Source of the DNA: Takakia lepidozioides
Lineage: Eukaryota > Plantae > Bryophyta
Length of the DNA: 64,000 bases
Assembly (NCBI GenBank): GCA_030704615.1
Contig: CM060732.1
Span: 19,840,001 to 19,904,000, forward strand
Direction of reading: 5' to 3'
The position numbers were made by a program, and so were the translations under genes. Below are positions 11,200 through 24,685 of the stretch, one piece after another; within the stretch, counting starts at the first letter, position 1, and the number at the start of each line of letters is the position of its first letter. Under the pieces are notes generated by a model. It ran no database searches. It was not told the DNA's origin and saw only the letters and a program-made list of their open reading frames with translations.

Positions 11200-13943
11200 T
11201 GCGTTTCAACATGCAAATCATGTTGCAATGGTTTGTCATGGATACCACTGTACCCCTTCAACTTATTGGCATTGACTCTTCCCAGCATCTCTTTGTTAAT
11301 GGTTTGTAACATGGCGGTGTTGTTATCATACATCTTCTGTATGACATAAGGTCCTTTCCATGGTGATGTAAGCTTAGAAGCTTTAATCTTTCCCTTCTTC
11401 TGCAACCACAAAACCAAATCTCATGTTTTAAAAGTCTTCAACTTCCCTTCATCAAACTGATCCTTCTTTTTCCTCTGAATTCTGGTCATGTTGTCAGCTG
11501 CATCAGCTCGTACTTCTTCCACATGGTATAATTCATGTTTCCTAACCTTAATTGAATCTTGCAATTCCATTCTCTTTCCCCATTCCGTTCTCATGGTAGG
11601 TAACAGGAATTCCACTGGAAGTAAAGCTTCCATACCATAAACTAATTGGAATGGTGTATACTTAGTGGTGACTTTATATGAAGTCCTGTATGACCACAAA
11701 GTTGTCAGCAGCTTTGTATCCCAATCCGTTCTGTTTGCATTGACTATCTTAGCCAAGATAATACATAGTATTTTGTTGGTAGCCTCTGCCTGCCCATTAC
11801 CCTGTGGGTAATATGTTGTACTCTTCCTATGCACAATCATGAACTCTTTAGTCAATAGTTCAATGGTCTCATTAATGAAGTGACTTCCCTGATCACTGAT
11901 AAATTCCAAGGGACAGCCAAATCGTGTAAGTATGTTCTCATATAGGAACCTTGTTGTGGACTTGGTTGTGTTGTCCCTCAAAGCTTTAGCTTCCACCCAC
12001 TTCGTAGTATAATCAGTGGCCGTGATTATATATTTGTTCTGTGTATTCTTGGCTGGTGGGTTTATTGGTCCAACAAAGTCCAGTCCCCATTTCTGAAATG
12101 GTTCAGGAGGCATTGTAGGACACAAAGCCATCTTTCCAGATCTCTGCAATGGTCCTAGCCTCTGACACTCATCACAAGTCTTACAATACTCATGTACATC
12201 CTTGAACAAAGTAGGCCACCAGTAACCGGCAAGTAGTATCTTCATACTGGTAGTCTCTTCTCCAAAATGACCTCCTGCCACTCCTTTATGAACTTCCTCC
12301 AAAACTTTATTAACTTCATGGTGGTATAAGCATCGCTTCAGCACTCCATCTGGTCCTAGCTTATACATTCTGCTCCCTACCATAGTGTAAGGTAGAGCCT
12401 TGATAGCAATTCTCTTTCTCTGCTCCTTTCCATAACTTGGTGGGCACTGACCATGAGCAAGGTAGTATCTGATTGGCCACTGCCAATCTAACCAGTCATC
12501 TGCACTTCCCTGCACCTCCACTGCAAATAGACTCGCATCTGGTAATTGATCATCTACTCCCGTGGCTGGTTCTCCTGTTGATAACCGTGACAAGTGATCC
12601 GCCACAAGATGCAGCCTCCCAGGCTTGTAAACAACCTCGAACTCAAACTCGTGCAAGATTATCAACCATCTTGCTATTCTTCCGCTTATCAGAGGTTTGT
12701 TTACCAGGTATATCAGAGCCTGGTGATCCACATAGAACATAAACTTCTTGCCCAACAGGTAATGCCTGAATTTCTTCACTGCATAGATCATTGCCAATGC
12801 TTCTCTTTCCGTTGTGCTATAATTTCTTTCAACATTGTTCATCAATCGGCTAGCATAGTACACAGGTGAATCTATCATTCCTGTAACATTTTGGGCTAAC
12901 ACTGCTCCCAGTGCTTCTCTTGAAGCATCACAGTGAACATGAAATATTTCCTGCCAGTGAGGATTAATCAGCACAGGTGTAGTTGTTACTGACAATGTAA
13001 GTTCCTCAAAAGCCTGTTGACATTCAGGTGTCCATGCAAACACTGCATCTTTCTTCAGAAGTTTGCTCAATGGTGTTGCTATCTGTGCATACCGTCTGAC
13101 AAATCTGGTTTGTCCCAGGAATCTCCTTAGACTCTTAGCATTTACTGGGGGTGGAGAGGCTTTAATGGCCTCTGTCTTTCTGGGATCCACAAGAAGTCCC
13201 TTCTTGCACACAATGTGTCCCAACAGTCAGAGTTCACACAGAAAGTACACTTCTCTGGATTCAGGCCCAGACCTCTCATCCTGCATCTGGCCAAACATAG
13301 GATATTTCTTCGTACAAGCATTCAGCTTCTTGTAGTTCACACAAACTCTTAGTTTCCCATTCTTCTTATGAACTATCACAATGGGTGACAACCAAGTCGT
13401 ATACTCTATCGGGTATATAAACTTAGCCTCCGCCAACTTTTTGATCTCTTCTCCAACCTTCTGTGCATAGTTGGGATTCATTCTGTATCTTGCTTGTTTG
13501 ATTGGTACTGAACCTGGTTCCAGTTCAATTTTATGTTGACAGATCTCAGGTGGTATCCCTTTCAGATCCTCATAGCTCCAAGCAAATACATCTCTGTATT
13601 TGATGAACAGACTCTTAGCTTCCTCAAAGAATTCTGGCTCCAAATCCGCCCCTACCTTCACCATCCTTGGTTTCTCCTCAGTTCCCACATTTACTTCTCT
13701 CACTTGCTCATCAGCTGTGATTGTCCAACCAGTCACTACTTCATCCTGTAAACTTATAGTGGCTGGTTCCTCTAGGATTTCCATCTCTCCCTCCTTTTCT
13801 TCATAGAAATGTGGTGGGTAACTGCTTGGTTCCCCCTCCATTGGTGTTGCTGTCACTACTCCACAGCAGATATTTTTTAAATAACTGAGGCCTTCCAATT
13901 GCATCTCTGCAACCTGCTCCCACTCTGGGTGTGCAACGAACAA
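11200..13943 (-). pseudogene. Gypsy pol (RT with internal deletion, RNase H, integrase)
   Basis: RT N-terminus (WLSPIVIVHKKNGKLRVCVNYKKLN) lacks the YxDD core. RNase [24 protein letters not shown]; integrase [34 protein letters not shown]; in-frame stops. Confidence 0.9.
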
Positions 13944-13949
13944 GGTAGC

Positions 13950-15580
13950 TTACTGCTCCTCATCCAGTCCTTCTTTCCAATCATACTCTCTGACTCCTCT
14001 TAGTCTTCTTGTAGCCGATAGTCTTTTAGATTTCTGAGTGGTGATTTGTATCTTGTGCAACCCATCTTGCACAGTTAGTAACTGTGAATTCCAGTCATGG
14101 GATACCCTGGCCTGTTTCAGCCATGGTCGACCCAGCAATAAAGAATAAGCTTCCATGACTTCATCCATTTTTAGTACAGTTATTGTGATCATAAAGATCA
14201 TCTTCTGTATCTGTATCTTAATTCCTCTTGTTAATCCCAATGGCTGTACACTTCTTTGATCTGCCATTGTTACTGTAAATGGGGCTGGTTTCATGTTACT
14301 TAGACCAAGCTTCTTCCTTAATTGGTCTGTCATGATATTTACTCCAGAGCCTCCATCTATCAGTACATCAGTTAGTTCTGTGCTTCCAATTCTCAATTGG
14401 ATTACTGGCATAGAATCATCAAAGTCCATGACTGTTTCTCGCCCTTCCAGCTTCACATTATAACTGGTCACCTTGCTGTTCAGGTCTGTGTTTCCTGTCT
14501 CCTGGGCAATTCGATTGATTGCTTGATACAGCCTGTGTCTACAATAAGGTGCCACAGTCAATAGCTGTCCAATGGTAATCTCTGCTCGGGTCTGGCATAT
14601 TACTTCAGCCAAAGTCCCTTCATTACTTTGCATGTCTGCAGCTTCTTTCTTCCTTTCGTCCTCACTCACTTCTTCTTTTCCATCAGAATCAGAGGAATCT
14701 GCCACAGGAATATCAGTACTCTTCTGCATTTCCCTTATGGTATCTGCCACTTCCTTGTGCAGTTCCTTCTCATCTCTCCAAGTCTCATCATCTTCAGGCA
14801 TATCACTGCCATCTTCATCTTCATCATCTTCCTCAACTACTGGAGGTATTAGTTTGGCTTTGCTTCTTGTTACTATCATTGTACTTACTTCTGGTACAAC
14901 ACATGGCCTAACCATGTGAGCTGCCACCACTGGGCCCTCATTCACAGGAGCTCTCATCTCATTCTGGTGTCTAATCCAGAATGAACAGGCTGCCTTGCGA
15001 TGTCCTGGCTGATTACAATAGTAACACAGTTCTTCACCATTGGGTCCTTGCCCTTGGTCTGCTCTTGGATTATTTTTGTAATCCTGATTCCCTGGCTGGT
15101 AATTCCCCCTTGGATTACCCTGATAGTTGCCTCTGGAATTTCCTTGGTAATTCCCTCTTGAATTACCTCTCCCTTCCATGCCATTGTTATAACCACCAGG
15201 CCTACCATAGTGGTCCTGATCATTGTTTCTTCTTGGCTGGGGCTGCACTTGATGCACCCTTACTTGCCTAGGTTCTCTAGCTGTTGTCCTTCTGTTGTAG
15301 TAACAATTCTCAGTAGAATGGTTATCCATTTTACAGATAGTACAGTGTTTCTCCTTCATGTGGCATTCAGTGGTGGTATGGCCTTCATTCTGGCACTTTG
15401 CACGCCAAACACCCTTCCTCCAATGTGTTGCAGCCTCTGTGGCATACTTCTTCAAGATTTCTTCTAATCTTTTCTCATAGTTATCCCTGTTCAACTTCTC
15501 CTTTCTCTTACTCTTCCTTTTCAGTTCTTGCTCTTCTTCTTCATCTGACTCATCCTCAGAGATGCTGAACAAACTTGTGC
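13950..15580 (-). pseudogene. Gypsy gag (3' part) and aspartic protease
   Basis: Zinc knuckles CTICKMDNHSTENC and CYYCNQPGHRKAAC; protease VLIDGGSGVNIM...LLLGRPWL; 5' end truncated. Confidence 0.85.
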
Positions 15581-15942
15581 ACAGGGCTGCCCCTCTCATC
15601 AAGCTCATTAAAATTCGTATTCACTTCCATCTTCAAGCTTTGGAGAAGCTCCACCACCCAAACCCAGAATTAGGACAACACTCTGATTTCCATCCACTGT
15701 AATCAGTTTCAGCCAAGTGCAATTGTGGGCTGACTTCCCACATATTGCGGGTAGACCCCACTATCAGGAAATGGTGGATGGTCTGAGTAGCTACACAGAT
15801 CAATGAATGAAGCAAGACAATTGCATCTTGCACTCAACAGTACATGATGGTCAGTACTCTCAGGAAATGGTGGATGGTTTGAGTAGCTACACAAATCAAT
15901 GAATGAAGCAAGACACTAGCATCTTTCCAAGAAAACATCCTT

Positions 15943-18900
15943 TCACCAGTAATCACCACAAGAACAAATCACATCTTCAAAGTGGTGGAAAGTAGTTAGC
16001 ATCCCATACAACAATTGCTCGGCCAACAATCTTTGAATTTGGTGGAGGTGTGGCAGTCTCCACACACTCAAAGATTCTTGATGAGTCGTGCTGATCAGCC
16101 CAAAACCAATGGCCAGCTTCTCACTGTGGTGGCAAAGAGAAAATTCCCTTCCTCCACATCATGCAATAAAAAACATGTGTCAGGCACATACCCCGCCTCC
16201 TTCATCTGCCCAGACAATCTTCTCAGCTTAGCATGGATTTCCTTAATTCTGGGATGCAACTTGTCATTTGGCTCCTTTCTAACCCCTGTGACCTTCATCA
16301 TTCTTCTCACCTTTGCAGTATCATCCCACCTGCCAGCTGCAGCATAGATGTTTGATATAGCAACACATAAGTCACGGCATCCTGTTCATCCCACTTGAGG
16401 ATAGATGTTGCCAGACATTCAGCCATCTCCACACTGCCATGGATTCTGCAGGCACCAAGCAAGGCCTTCCACACCACAACATCTAGATTGATTGGCATTT
16501 TATTAATCAGGTCCACTGCCTCATGTACTTGTCCTGCTCGTCCTGAAGGTCCACCATGCAGCCAAAGTGCTTTACTGGCGGGGTGACACCATGATCTTGA
16601 CTCAGGGAATCGAAGTAGAGTCTTCCTTCATTCAGTAGGCCAGTGTGGTTGCATGCAGAGAGAAGACATATAAAGGTGATATTGTCCGGCTTCAAGCCGT
16701 TCTTTTGCATTCTTTCAAATAGTTGTAGGACCTCCCTATGACAACCATGCTGGCATATCCTGCGATCATCGGATTCCACGACACCACATTCATTCAGCCA
16801 CATTGTCAAATACTCCCTTTGCATCCTCAAATGCACCCACATTTCGCATACATATTCACCAGGGCAGTGTCCAGAATGACATTTGGTACGATTCAGGCTT
16901 TGATGATGTCACCATGCACCCTTTGCCCTTTTCCAGGGCTGCCAGGCTTGCACAAGCATTGCAAACACACAGAAACGTGATGTGGTTGCACTTCACCCGT
17001 TCCCCCATCATTTGCTCATAGGTCTCCAGGGCCTCCATCCCGCGCCCTTGCTGTGCTACAAGCATGGCGTTCCATGACACCAAATCTCGTTCAGCCATAC
17101 CGTTGAACACTCCCTCCGCATCCTCAATGCTCCACATTTGGCATACATGTCCACGAGGGTATTGTTCAGAATCACATCTGGTACAATTCCAGCTTTGGCG
17201 ATGCAACCATGCACCTCTTTGCCCTTTTCCAGGGCTGCTAGGCTTGCACACACACACAAACGTGATGCGGTTGGGCTTCACCCCTTCCCCCATCATTTGT
17301 TCATAGGTCTCCAAAGCCTCCATCCCACGCCCTTGCTATGCAAACCCCTTCAAGCATCGCGTTCCATGACACCACATCGCGTTCAGCCATAGTGTTGAAA
17401 TTAACTCCCTTCGCATCCTTAATGCACCCACATTTGGCATACATGTCCACCAGGGCAGTGTTCAGGATGACATCTGGTACAATTCCAGCTTTGACGATGC
17501 CACCATGGACCTCTTTCCCCTTTTCTAGAGCTCCCAGGCTTGCACACGCATTGCAAACACAAACAAATGTGATGTGGTTGCTTTTCACCCCTTTCGCACA
17601 TCATTTGCTCATAGGTCTCCAAAGCCTCCATCCCGCACCCTTGCTGTGCATATCTTGCAATCATCACACTCCACGACACCACATCACGTTCAGCCATATT
17701 GTCAAACACTCCATTTGCATCCTCAATGCACCCACATTTGACATACATGTCCGCCAGGGCAGTGTTCAGAATGACATCGGGTACAATTCCAGATTTGATA
17801 ATGTCACCATGGACCTCTTGGCACTTTTCCAGGGCTGCCAGGCTTGCACACGCATTGCAAATGCAAACAAACATCATGTGGTTGGGCTTCACCCCCTCCG
17901 CACATCATTTGCTCATAGGTCTCCAAAGCCTCCATCCCGCGCCCTTGCTGTGCATATCCTGCAATCATCGCACTCCACGACACCACATCTCGTTCAGCCA
18001 TACTGTTGAACACTCCCTTCATATGTCCACGAGGGTATTGTTCAGAATGACATTTGGTACAACTGCAGCTCTGACCATGTCGCCATGGACCTCTTTGCCC
18101 TTTTCCAGAGCAGCCAGGCTTGCACACGCATTGCAAATGCATAGAAACGTGATGTGGTCGGGCTTCACCCCTTCCCCCATCATTTGATCACAGGTCTCCA
18201 AAGCCTCCCTACCACGTCCATGCTGTGCATACCCCTGCAAGCATCGTGTTCCATGACACCACATCTCATTCAGCCATAGTGTTGAAAACTCCTTTTGCAT
18301 CCTTAATGCACCGACATTTGGCATACATGTCCACTAGGGTAGTGTTCACAATGACATGTGGTACAATTCCAGCTTTGACGATGTCATCATGGACCTCTTT
18401 CCCCTTTTCCAGGGCTCCTAGGCTTGCACACGCATTGCAAACACAAATGAACGTGATGTGGTTGGGCTTCACCCCTTTGCGCATTATTTTCTCACCACAT
18501 CAAGGTGCCCTCACCACATTGTCCTTGACAATTCAGTATGCATCTCAAGGCCGAGTCTGATGAGAGGGCAAAACAGGCTGAAATAGGTCAAAGAAGAAGG
18601 TGCCCTCACCACATTGGCCTTGACCTTGTGGCACGACCCATGGAGGATTTGACCACCCATGCTCGGTAAATCCTGCCAACATTATATTCCACGTGATCAA
18701 AGATCGTTGAGGCATTATGTTGAACACTTGGTGATCATCCATGATGCTCTCGCACTTAACATACATGTTGACAAGGGTGTTGACTAGAAAAACATTTGGC
18801 ATGAATCCACTTTGGATAATGTGAGTGTGCACCTGCTTTCCAGCTTCAAGGCCTTTCATCTTGATGCACTTATGCAAGACAGACATACGTATCTGAATCT

Positions 18901-19107
18901 GCTGAAATGCCTCCTTGGTTTAAAGTCTGTAGAGCCTCTTTCAGTCTGCCTGCCTCACAAAGCATCTTCACATGCCCAGAAGTGCCAGAAGAGGCATTGT
19001 GGACTCCCTCTCTTGATCCTCTTCCGGAGGCTGTGGTCATGGTTGAGGTGCCTAATTTTATCAACTGTGCCGCTGCAGCTGCTGCCTCTAGTTGACCATC
19101 TACGCAT
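15943..19107 (-). pseudogene. PLS-class PPR protein with E/DYW domain (RNA-editing factor), pseudogene
   Basis: Repeated P-L-S triplets (DVVSWNAMI.GYAQ.G.G.EAL..Y.QM..EGVKPNHITF.C.CNACASL.ALEKGKEVH), E motif VWKALLGACRIHG, HSEKLA, CGDCH, terminal CSCGDYW* (stop 15943-15945). Many frameshifts and an insertion at ~18490-18655. Confidence 0.92.
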
Positions 19108-19735
19108 GCAAGTTTCTTGTAGCTATTGATTCACAAGGAATCATACGTAATCTTAGTGCTTGAAATCTGGCCGTCTTGGATGAATCTGGACCCACACTCA
19201 CCCACACTCTATCCCTTCTCCTTCAGCTATCCATGCCTCTGCACAATCATGCATTCATCTTTTCCCTTGTTGCTAGCAGCTGACAATATCACATTGGCAG
19301 TATCATGTCAAAGTCACTCCAAACCAGATTCACTCAACCAGCTAACTTGCAGACTTCAACATGGAAATTTAGGGCCGATTCTGACAAGAGGGAAAAACAG
19401 GGTGAAATGTGTTGAAGAAGGTGCCTTCATTAGCAGGGCCTTGTTCTATCATTTGTGCGGCTGCCGCTGCTGTTTCCAGTTGACCATCTACCCAACGACC
19501 TAACTTACAAAATTCAATATGCATCTCAGGGCCAAGTCTGATGAGAGGGCAAAACAGGCTGAAATAGGTCGAAGAAGGTGCCCTCGCCACATTGAGTCCT
19601 TGAAAATTCAATACGCATCTCAGGGCAGAGTCTGATGAGAGGCACAATAGGCTGAAATAGGTTGAAGAAGAAGGTGCCCTCACCACATTGTCCTTGACCT
19701 TGTGGCATGACCCACGGAGGATTTTGACCATCAAC
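18495..19735 (-). repeat. ~90-bp module CAATGTGGTGAGGGCACCTTCTTC...CATCAGACTCGGCCTTGAGATGCAT, in several copies
   Basis: Copies at ~18500-18655, ~19370-19430 and ~19515-19735 (tandem), and on the + strand at 29669-29746. Confidence 0.75.
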
Positions 19736-20009
19736 CCAAAAGGACCCCTTGTGTGTGCTGCTTGTGTCTGTAGTCAGGTGATGTCGGATTGGTCTGTGAG
19801 AACCACCACGGTGCAGCTGAGCAGGCATAGATTGAAACACGGCCTGCTAAGACCGAGCTGACTCTCCCAAGAACCTTGTAACCATAATCAAGAAGAATAT
19901 CAAATCATGGTACTAACAGGAGCCAAGAGCCCACATGTGCAGGATGGACAAACTTCGTACATTAAGAAAAAGCTAGACCTTGCGATTGCGGTTGTCCCAC
20001 CATCCTGAG

Positions 20010-20389
20010 TGACATATGAATGACATATGGTACAATTCCAGCTTTGACGATGTCACCATGGACCTCTTTCCCCTTTTCCAGAGCTCCCAGGCTTGCACAC
20101 ACATTGCAAACACAATCAAATGTGATGTGGTTGGGCTTCACCCCTTCGCGCAGAATTTGCTCATAGGTCTCAAAAGCATTCCTACCACACCCATGCTTGG
20201 TAAATCCTGCCAACATTATATTCCACGTGATCAAAGATCGTTGAGGCATTCTGTTGAATGCTTGGTGTGGATTCACGCCAAATGTTTTTCTACTCAACAC
20301 CCTTGTCAACATGTATATTAAGGGCGGGAGCATCATGGATGATGTGCATGTGTACCTGCTTTCTAGCTTCCAGACCTTTCATCTTAATG
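20010..20389 (-). pseudogene. PPR paralogue 2, downstream fragment
   Basis: PQRSLITWNIMLAGFTKHG..GVKPNHITF..ALEKGKEVH, closely similar to the first repeats of the 15943-19107 gene. Confidence 0.85.
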
Positions 20390-21014
20390 CAACGGCGCAA
20401 TGGCGTGAGCGCGCGAGCGTACGCTCATGCAGGAGTGACGGCGCAGTGCCACGTCAGCATTTGTCGCCACATCAGCCTGCTGACATCACATCTGCCACGT
20501 CAACATGAACATGCGCCGCCTATAACCGAGGATGGTCCTATGACCGTGGGATTAATGCAGGGAATCCTTGGCTGAATACAATGAAGACTACCATGAGGCC
20601 TACAATTGCAGCATCCAACATTGTGCAATTACAAATGTTTGTTTCACTTTTACAATTACAAGGACGAGAAAATATCCTCACAAAGTGTGCGCCATAGAGG
20701 CTGCAACGTGAAGACCTTGCTCCCTCCCCAAATAACAATGAGAGTTAGGATCATCTTCAAAAGACGATTGCAGTGCATAGCGACAGGAAGATATGTAGAC
20801 TTCAAACGGTGCAATGATGAATGTGCTTTTAAAAGTTGCCACTCAGAGCTCACTCAGTATAGTTGGAAGGATAATGGAGGGATAAGGGACGCCATATCAT
20901 TGCACCGCCGACGATATTGCAAACGAATTGATTTGAATTGAATTTCCATGACAAATGTTGCAAATTGCACATTTCATAGCATGATCGTCCACATACCACA
21001 TTGCATAGTTGATG

Positions 21015-24000
21015 CTACCTATGTGTTGTATCCTGCTGCAGTAGAGTATCGACCTCGTTGAAACTCAGAGTGGCCTGGTGAACGAAGTTGTCACGTTTGG
21101 GATCGCAAACCATCATCTTCAAAAATATGAAATACAAATGTTTGCAGGGTATGAATTTACCTCTCTTGCCCAAACTGGTTGATAGCATATTCACAAAATC
21201 AGGACATGTGCGATTGGGGAAATTGAAAACCGTGATGTTGTAGGCCCTGTCATGAACAGCAGATGTTGAAGTGATCATTGTGTACACCCAACCATTTCCT
21301 GGATCGGGCACTTCCGTGGTGCTTGCAACACGAGCTTGGAGCATTCTTGCGGACTCCACTTTGCCGAAGTGTTCAGCGGTTGGAGGGAAACGCCGAACCA
21401 GCTTTCCATCTCGTTTGGTTGGCCACAAGTGAGGATTTGCCAGAGGGACCCGAGAGGACGCAGAAGTAGAAGCACATGCATGCAGTTGGGGTTGTCTCGC
21501 AAGGGAAAAGCCTACCTCCTCCAGCATTGCAATCTCCTGACTTGTGAGATGTGTTCCCACCTTGACGGGCCAAACGGTTGGAGGAGCAGGCTTCATCACC
21601 ACGGAAGGACGCACAGTTCCATGCACACATCTACCACAATCGTCTGCGCAGAACCAGAACTTGTGGTTCTTTGCTTCTGGTTGGCCGTATGGACGCATCA
21701 AACCCGTGAAAGTCGGAGCAGGAGTCCGGGCACCGCCTCTGGATATAGATGAAGTGCACTTCTCGAAATTAGTTGCACTGATCACTGTACATTTCACACG
21801 AGACCCTGCAATTGTGCGTTCTATGTGCCAAACGTGGTCGGGGCATGCGGACTCCAGCACATCAAGGGGGTAGTTTCTCTCCTGCACCATTTCAGTGGCA
21901 CTGTTAGATGCTGGAGCCTGCCGTCATGTCGGAGGTTCCTCCAAAATGGAGGTTCCGGACATGGATTTGTTATGCAAGGGAACACGAGGCTTCGAGAAGT
22001 TATCACGGTCTGCCCTGTGCGAATCGGAATCCGAAACAGGTGGGGTATTCAATTTCCTCTTACAGGAGCCGAATCTCTCCTCCCCTTCAAGATGTGGAAT
22101 TCTAGAAACAATTGGCGTTCCCTGGGCATACATGCTCACCGCCCGTGCTATCTTGCTTGGATCCCCAGATCTGTTTGCAGCACGCAACTTCAACTCCTGT
22201 TTGTCCAGACCCTTGCCACCAGCCCCACCTCGCAAGAAATCACGGTATCTGGTTTGTTGTTGCAAGGCACGTATCAGATCATCTGTTGTTGCCACATACA
22301 AATCCCGACCTCGTTTCCCAGACTATTGCAACCATGCGTTGTGCACAGTCTCTGCCAAATTGCAAGATGGCATGTTCACCATTTCCTCAATGGACATGTT
22401 CTGCAAAGAGGAGAACCACACTTCAGAACAGTGCACAGGGAACAACATAAAGAAAGAAATGAGAGCAAAATTTGGAAAGTAAATGTATGAATAAAGCAAG
22501 CAATAGAAGCCTCGCACCATTGTCATGGCTGCTCCCCACCGTCTGTACCGGAAGTGCCAAAACGCCAGCCAATCTTCCAATGCTCTCATACTCTCAAGCG
22601 ATGCAGCTCCAGAAGAGAACCACCAGGCACGAATTGTCTGGAACAAAGTGTCCGCCTCCTTCATTGTTCTAGCATCTTTGTACTCTTTGCACAATTTACG
22701 GTGCTGTGTCTGCATCTCTGGTTTGATGTCCGACTTTGTATGTTTCTCCAAAGATTGTGTCCAATGGAATAGACATGTACGCTCTCTTCCCGACATTGGC
22801 ACTTTTGGGTCGCCTGATCCGAAGACAATTCGAACCGCATTGAAATTTGCCTGAGCACTATCTGCCATGAAACCAGCGAAATTTGGAGATGGCACCCCAT
22901 GGCAGCCCATAACACGTACAAGGGAATTCCACATGAGCTTCTGGGATTTTGTATCCTCGGATTGCATGTCACAAACTGCAATTGTCATAACTCGTTGGTA
23001 CACTGGATCGTAGACATGACAAGCCATTGTCGTCCAATCTTTCACTCGTTTCACATGATCAAACATAAGAAAATAATTCTGCAGGTCCCCAGTCTTCTGC
23101 ATCCGCTTCACGAGGCTAACCCCACTGCCCTCCCCAGCAGTCGACATTTTGAAAAGAAATACTTTGATGGCACCTTGACCTGGAAAAACATTGTCGTGGA
23201 TGTAGTCGTACATGCTCAGTCGTTTCAATTCCAAAATGTTGTCTATGTAGTCTCTGATCCCAGAGCCCATTCTCAATGCATTGATCTGATGCCGAATGTT
23301 AGGTGAACTCAACGTGAAGAAATGATCCATGACAACGTCCAATGCTACACCGTCAAGTTTAGTCCCTACAGAATCCCCTTCACTCAAAACATGGCTTTCC
23401 AAGAAGGACTCGCTTGCGCCAAGAGCAATTGCAGATGTTGTTGCGGATGGGTTTCTCTCATACTCCTGTTTAATCAACCTCGATATTGTCTCAACACTCT
23501 CCCTATAATCCCCCTTCGAGACAGGATGGTTATGGAAACCGAAATGCACACAAGCTCTTGTCATTGTTTTCAAACGGTGGACACCATAGTACATTCTTGC
23601 TCCACACAGCGCCAGGTAGGATGGTACAAGTTTGCAAAATTTGCAAACGAAAGTGGTTGCCGATGGAGAAGCGGTCCCAAGCTTAAATGGATTTTCCACG
23701 AGACCCTCCCACTCACTTTGATTATGAACCCCAGACTGAAGAAAGTGTCTGCAATTCAAATTATCACACCTAAGGTGTCCATTGCAAACTGTTCTCCTGA
23801 AAACAAGCTTGTCCTCATTTTGAATATTGGATGTTTTTGTTCTGCACCATGGGTGCCCGTCGTGTTTCTTGTCCATTCCGTGCATCATGCTTATTATACC
23901 TCCAACTCGCGGAGGAGGAGGCAGCTTGAATAGGATATCCCCATCAAAAGTCTCTGGCAGGAACTTCGCAGGCACCTGCTTCAAAGATTCCCAATCAATT

Positions 24001-24053
24001 CCCCGCAACTCACTTTTGAAACCTGCCATTCCTCCCATCGCCCGTAGTTTTGG
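21015..24053 (-). pseudogene. MULE transposase, copy 2 (5'-truncated; intron 22401-22517)
   Basis: LMFDHVKRV, FMADSAQAN, CLFHW, CNLAETVHNAW, SWIM (R)TCPDF..CKH; frameshifts and stops. Confidence 0.88.
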
Positions 24054-24123
24054 CGACCATCGCCTCCAAGTCCATTTCTTTGCTCTAAATCTCATACAAT
24101 GAAATGCAGAATTCTGCTGTGAA

Positions 24124-24650
24124 GTGATGATCGGTGCCGATCATCACATTCAGACCTCATGGGTTGTGCTTCCTTAGGCAGTCTGATTGTGATGATCGGT
24201 ACCGATCATCACTGTTTGAACGGTTTGGCAATACACCAGAATCCAAAAGAGGAGACCAAGTTCAGTGGGTGAAAGAAGGGATTCTGACTACGAGTGATGA
24301 TCGGTGCCGACCATTACACTCAGACCTCATGGGTTGTGCTTCCTAAGGCAGTCTGATTGTGATGATCGGTACCGATCATCACTTTTTTGAACAGATTGGC
24401 AATGCACCAGAATCCAAAAGAGGAGACCAAGTTCAGTGAGTGAATGAAGGGATTCTGACTAATAGTGATGATCGGTGCCGACCATCACATTCAAACCTCG
24501 TGGGTGTTTGCATCCCAGTGCTGTCTTGTGGTGATGGTCGGCACCGATCATCGCAGTCTAGTGAGAACTGAGTCAAGGTGCATTGGGAAATCAACTAGAA
24601 TTTCCATTCATTTGTTAGAAGACAAAGTGATGGTCGGTACCGATCGTCAC
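24124..24650. repeat. Cluster of seven 24-bp palindromes (consensus GTGATGATCGGTACCGATCATCAC), partly within a ~170-bp tandem duplication
   Basis: Copies start at 24124, 24189, 24294, 24359, 24465, 24531, 24627; further copies at 26576, 26712, 26807, 28087. Confidence 0.92.
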
Positions 24651-24685
24651 TGTGTTAAAATGTCTGTTTCCAGAACACCAGTTGA

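Larger units (their letters stand above)
5550..15590 (-). mobile_element. Decayed Ty3/Gypsy LTR retrotransposon, 5' end lost, with a long extra ORF after pol
   Basis: Order gag-PR-RT-RH-INT on the minus strand. PPT-like AGGGGGGAG at ~6425-6433 (-) followed by a probable 3' LTR whose distal end is uncertain. Confidence 0.8.

Noticed and set aside
15765-15915. ~96-bp tandem duplication downstream of the PPR stop codon
   Set aside because: Ordinary local duplication with no sign of function.
24124-24650. Palindromic repeats with intervening sequence resembling a CRISPR array
   Set aside because: Spacing is irregular, the intervening segments are duplicated (~170-bp unit), there are no cas genes, and the context is a eukaryotic intron.
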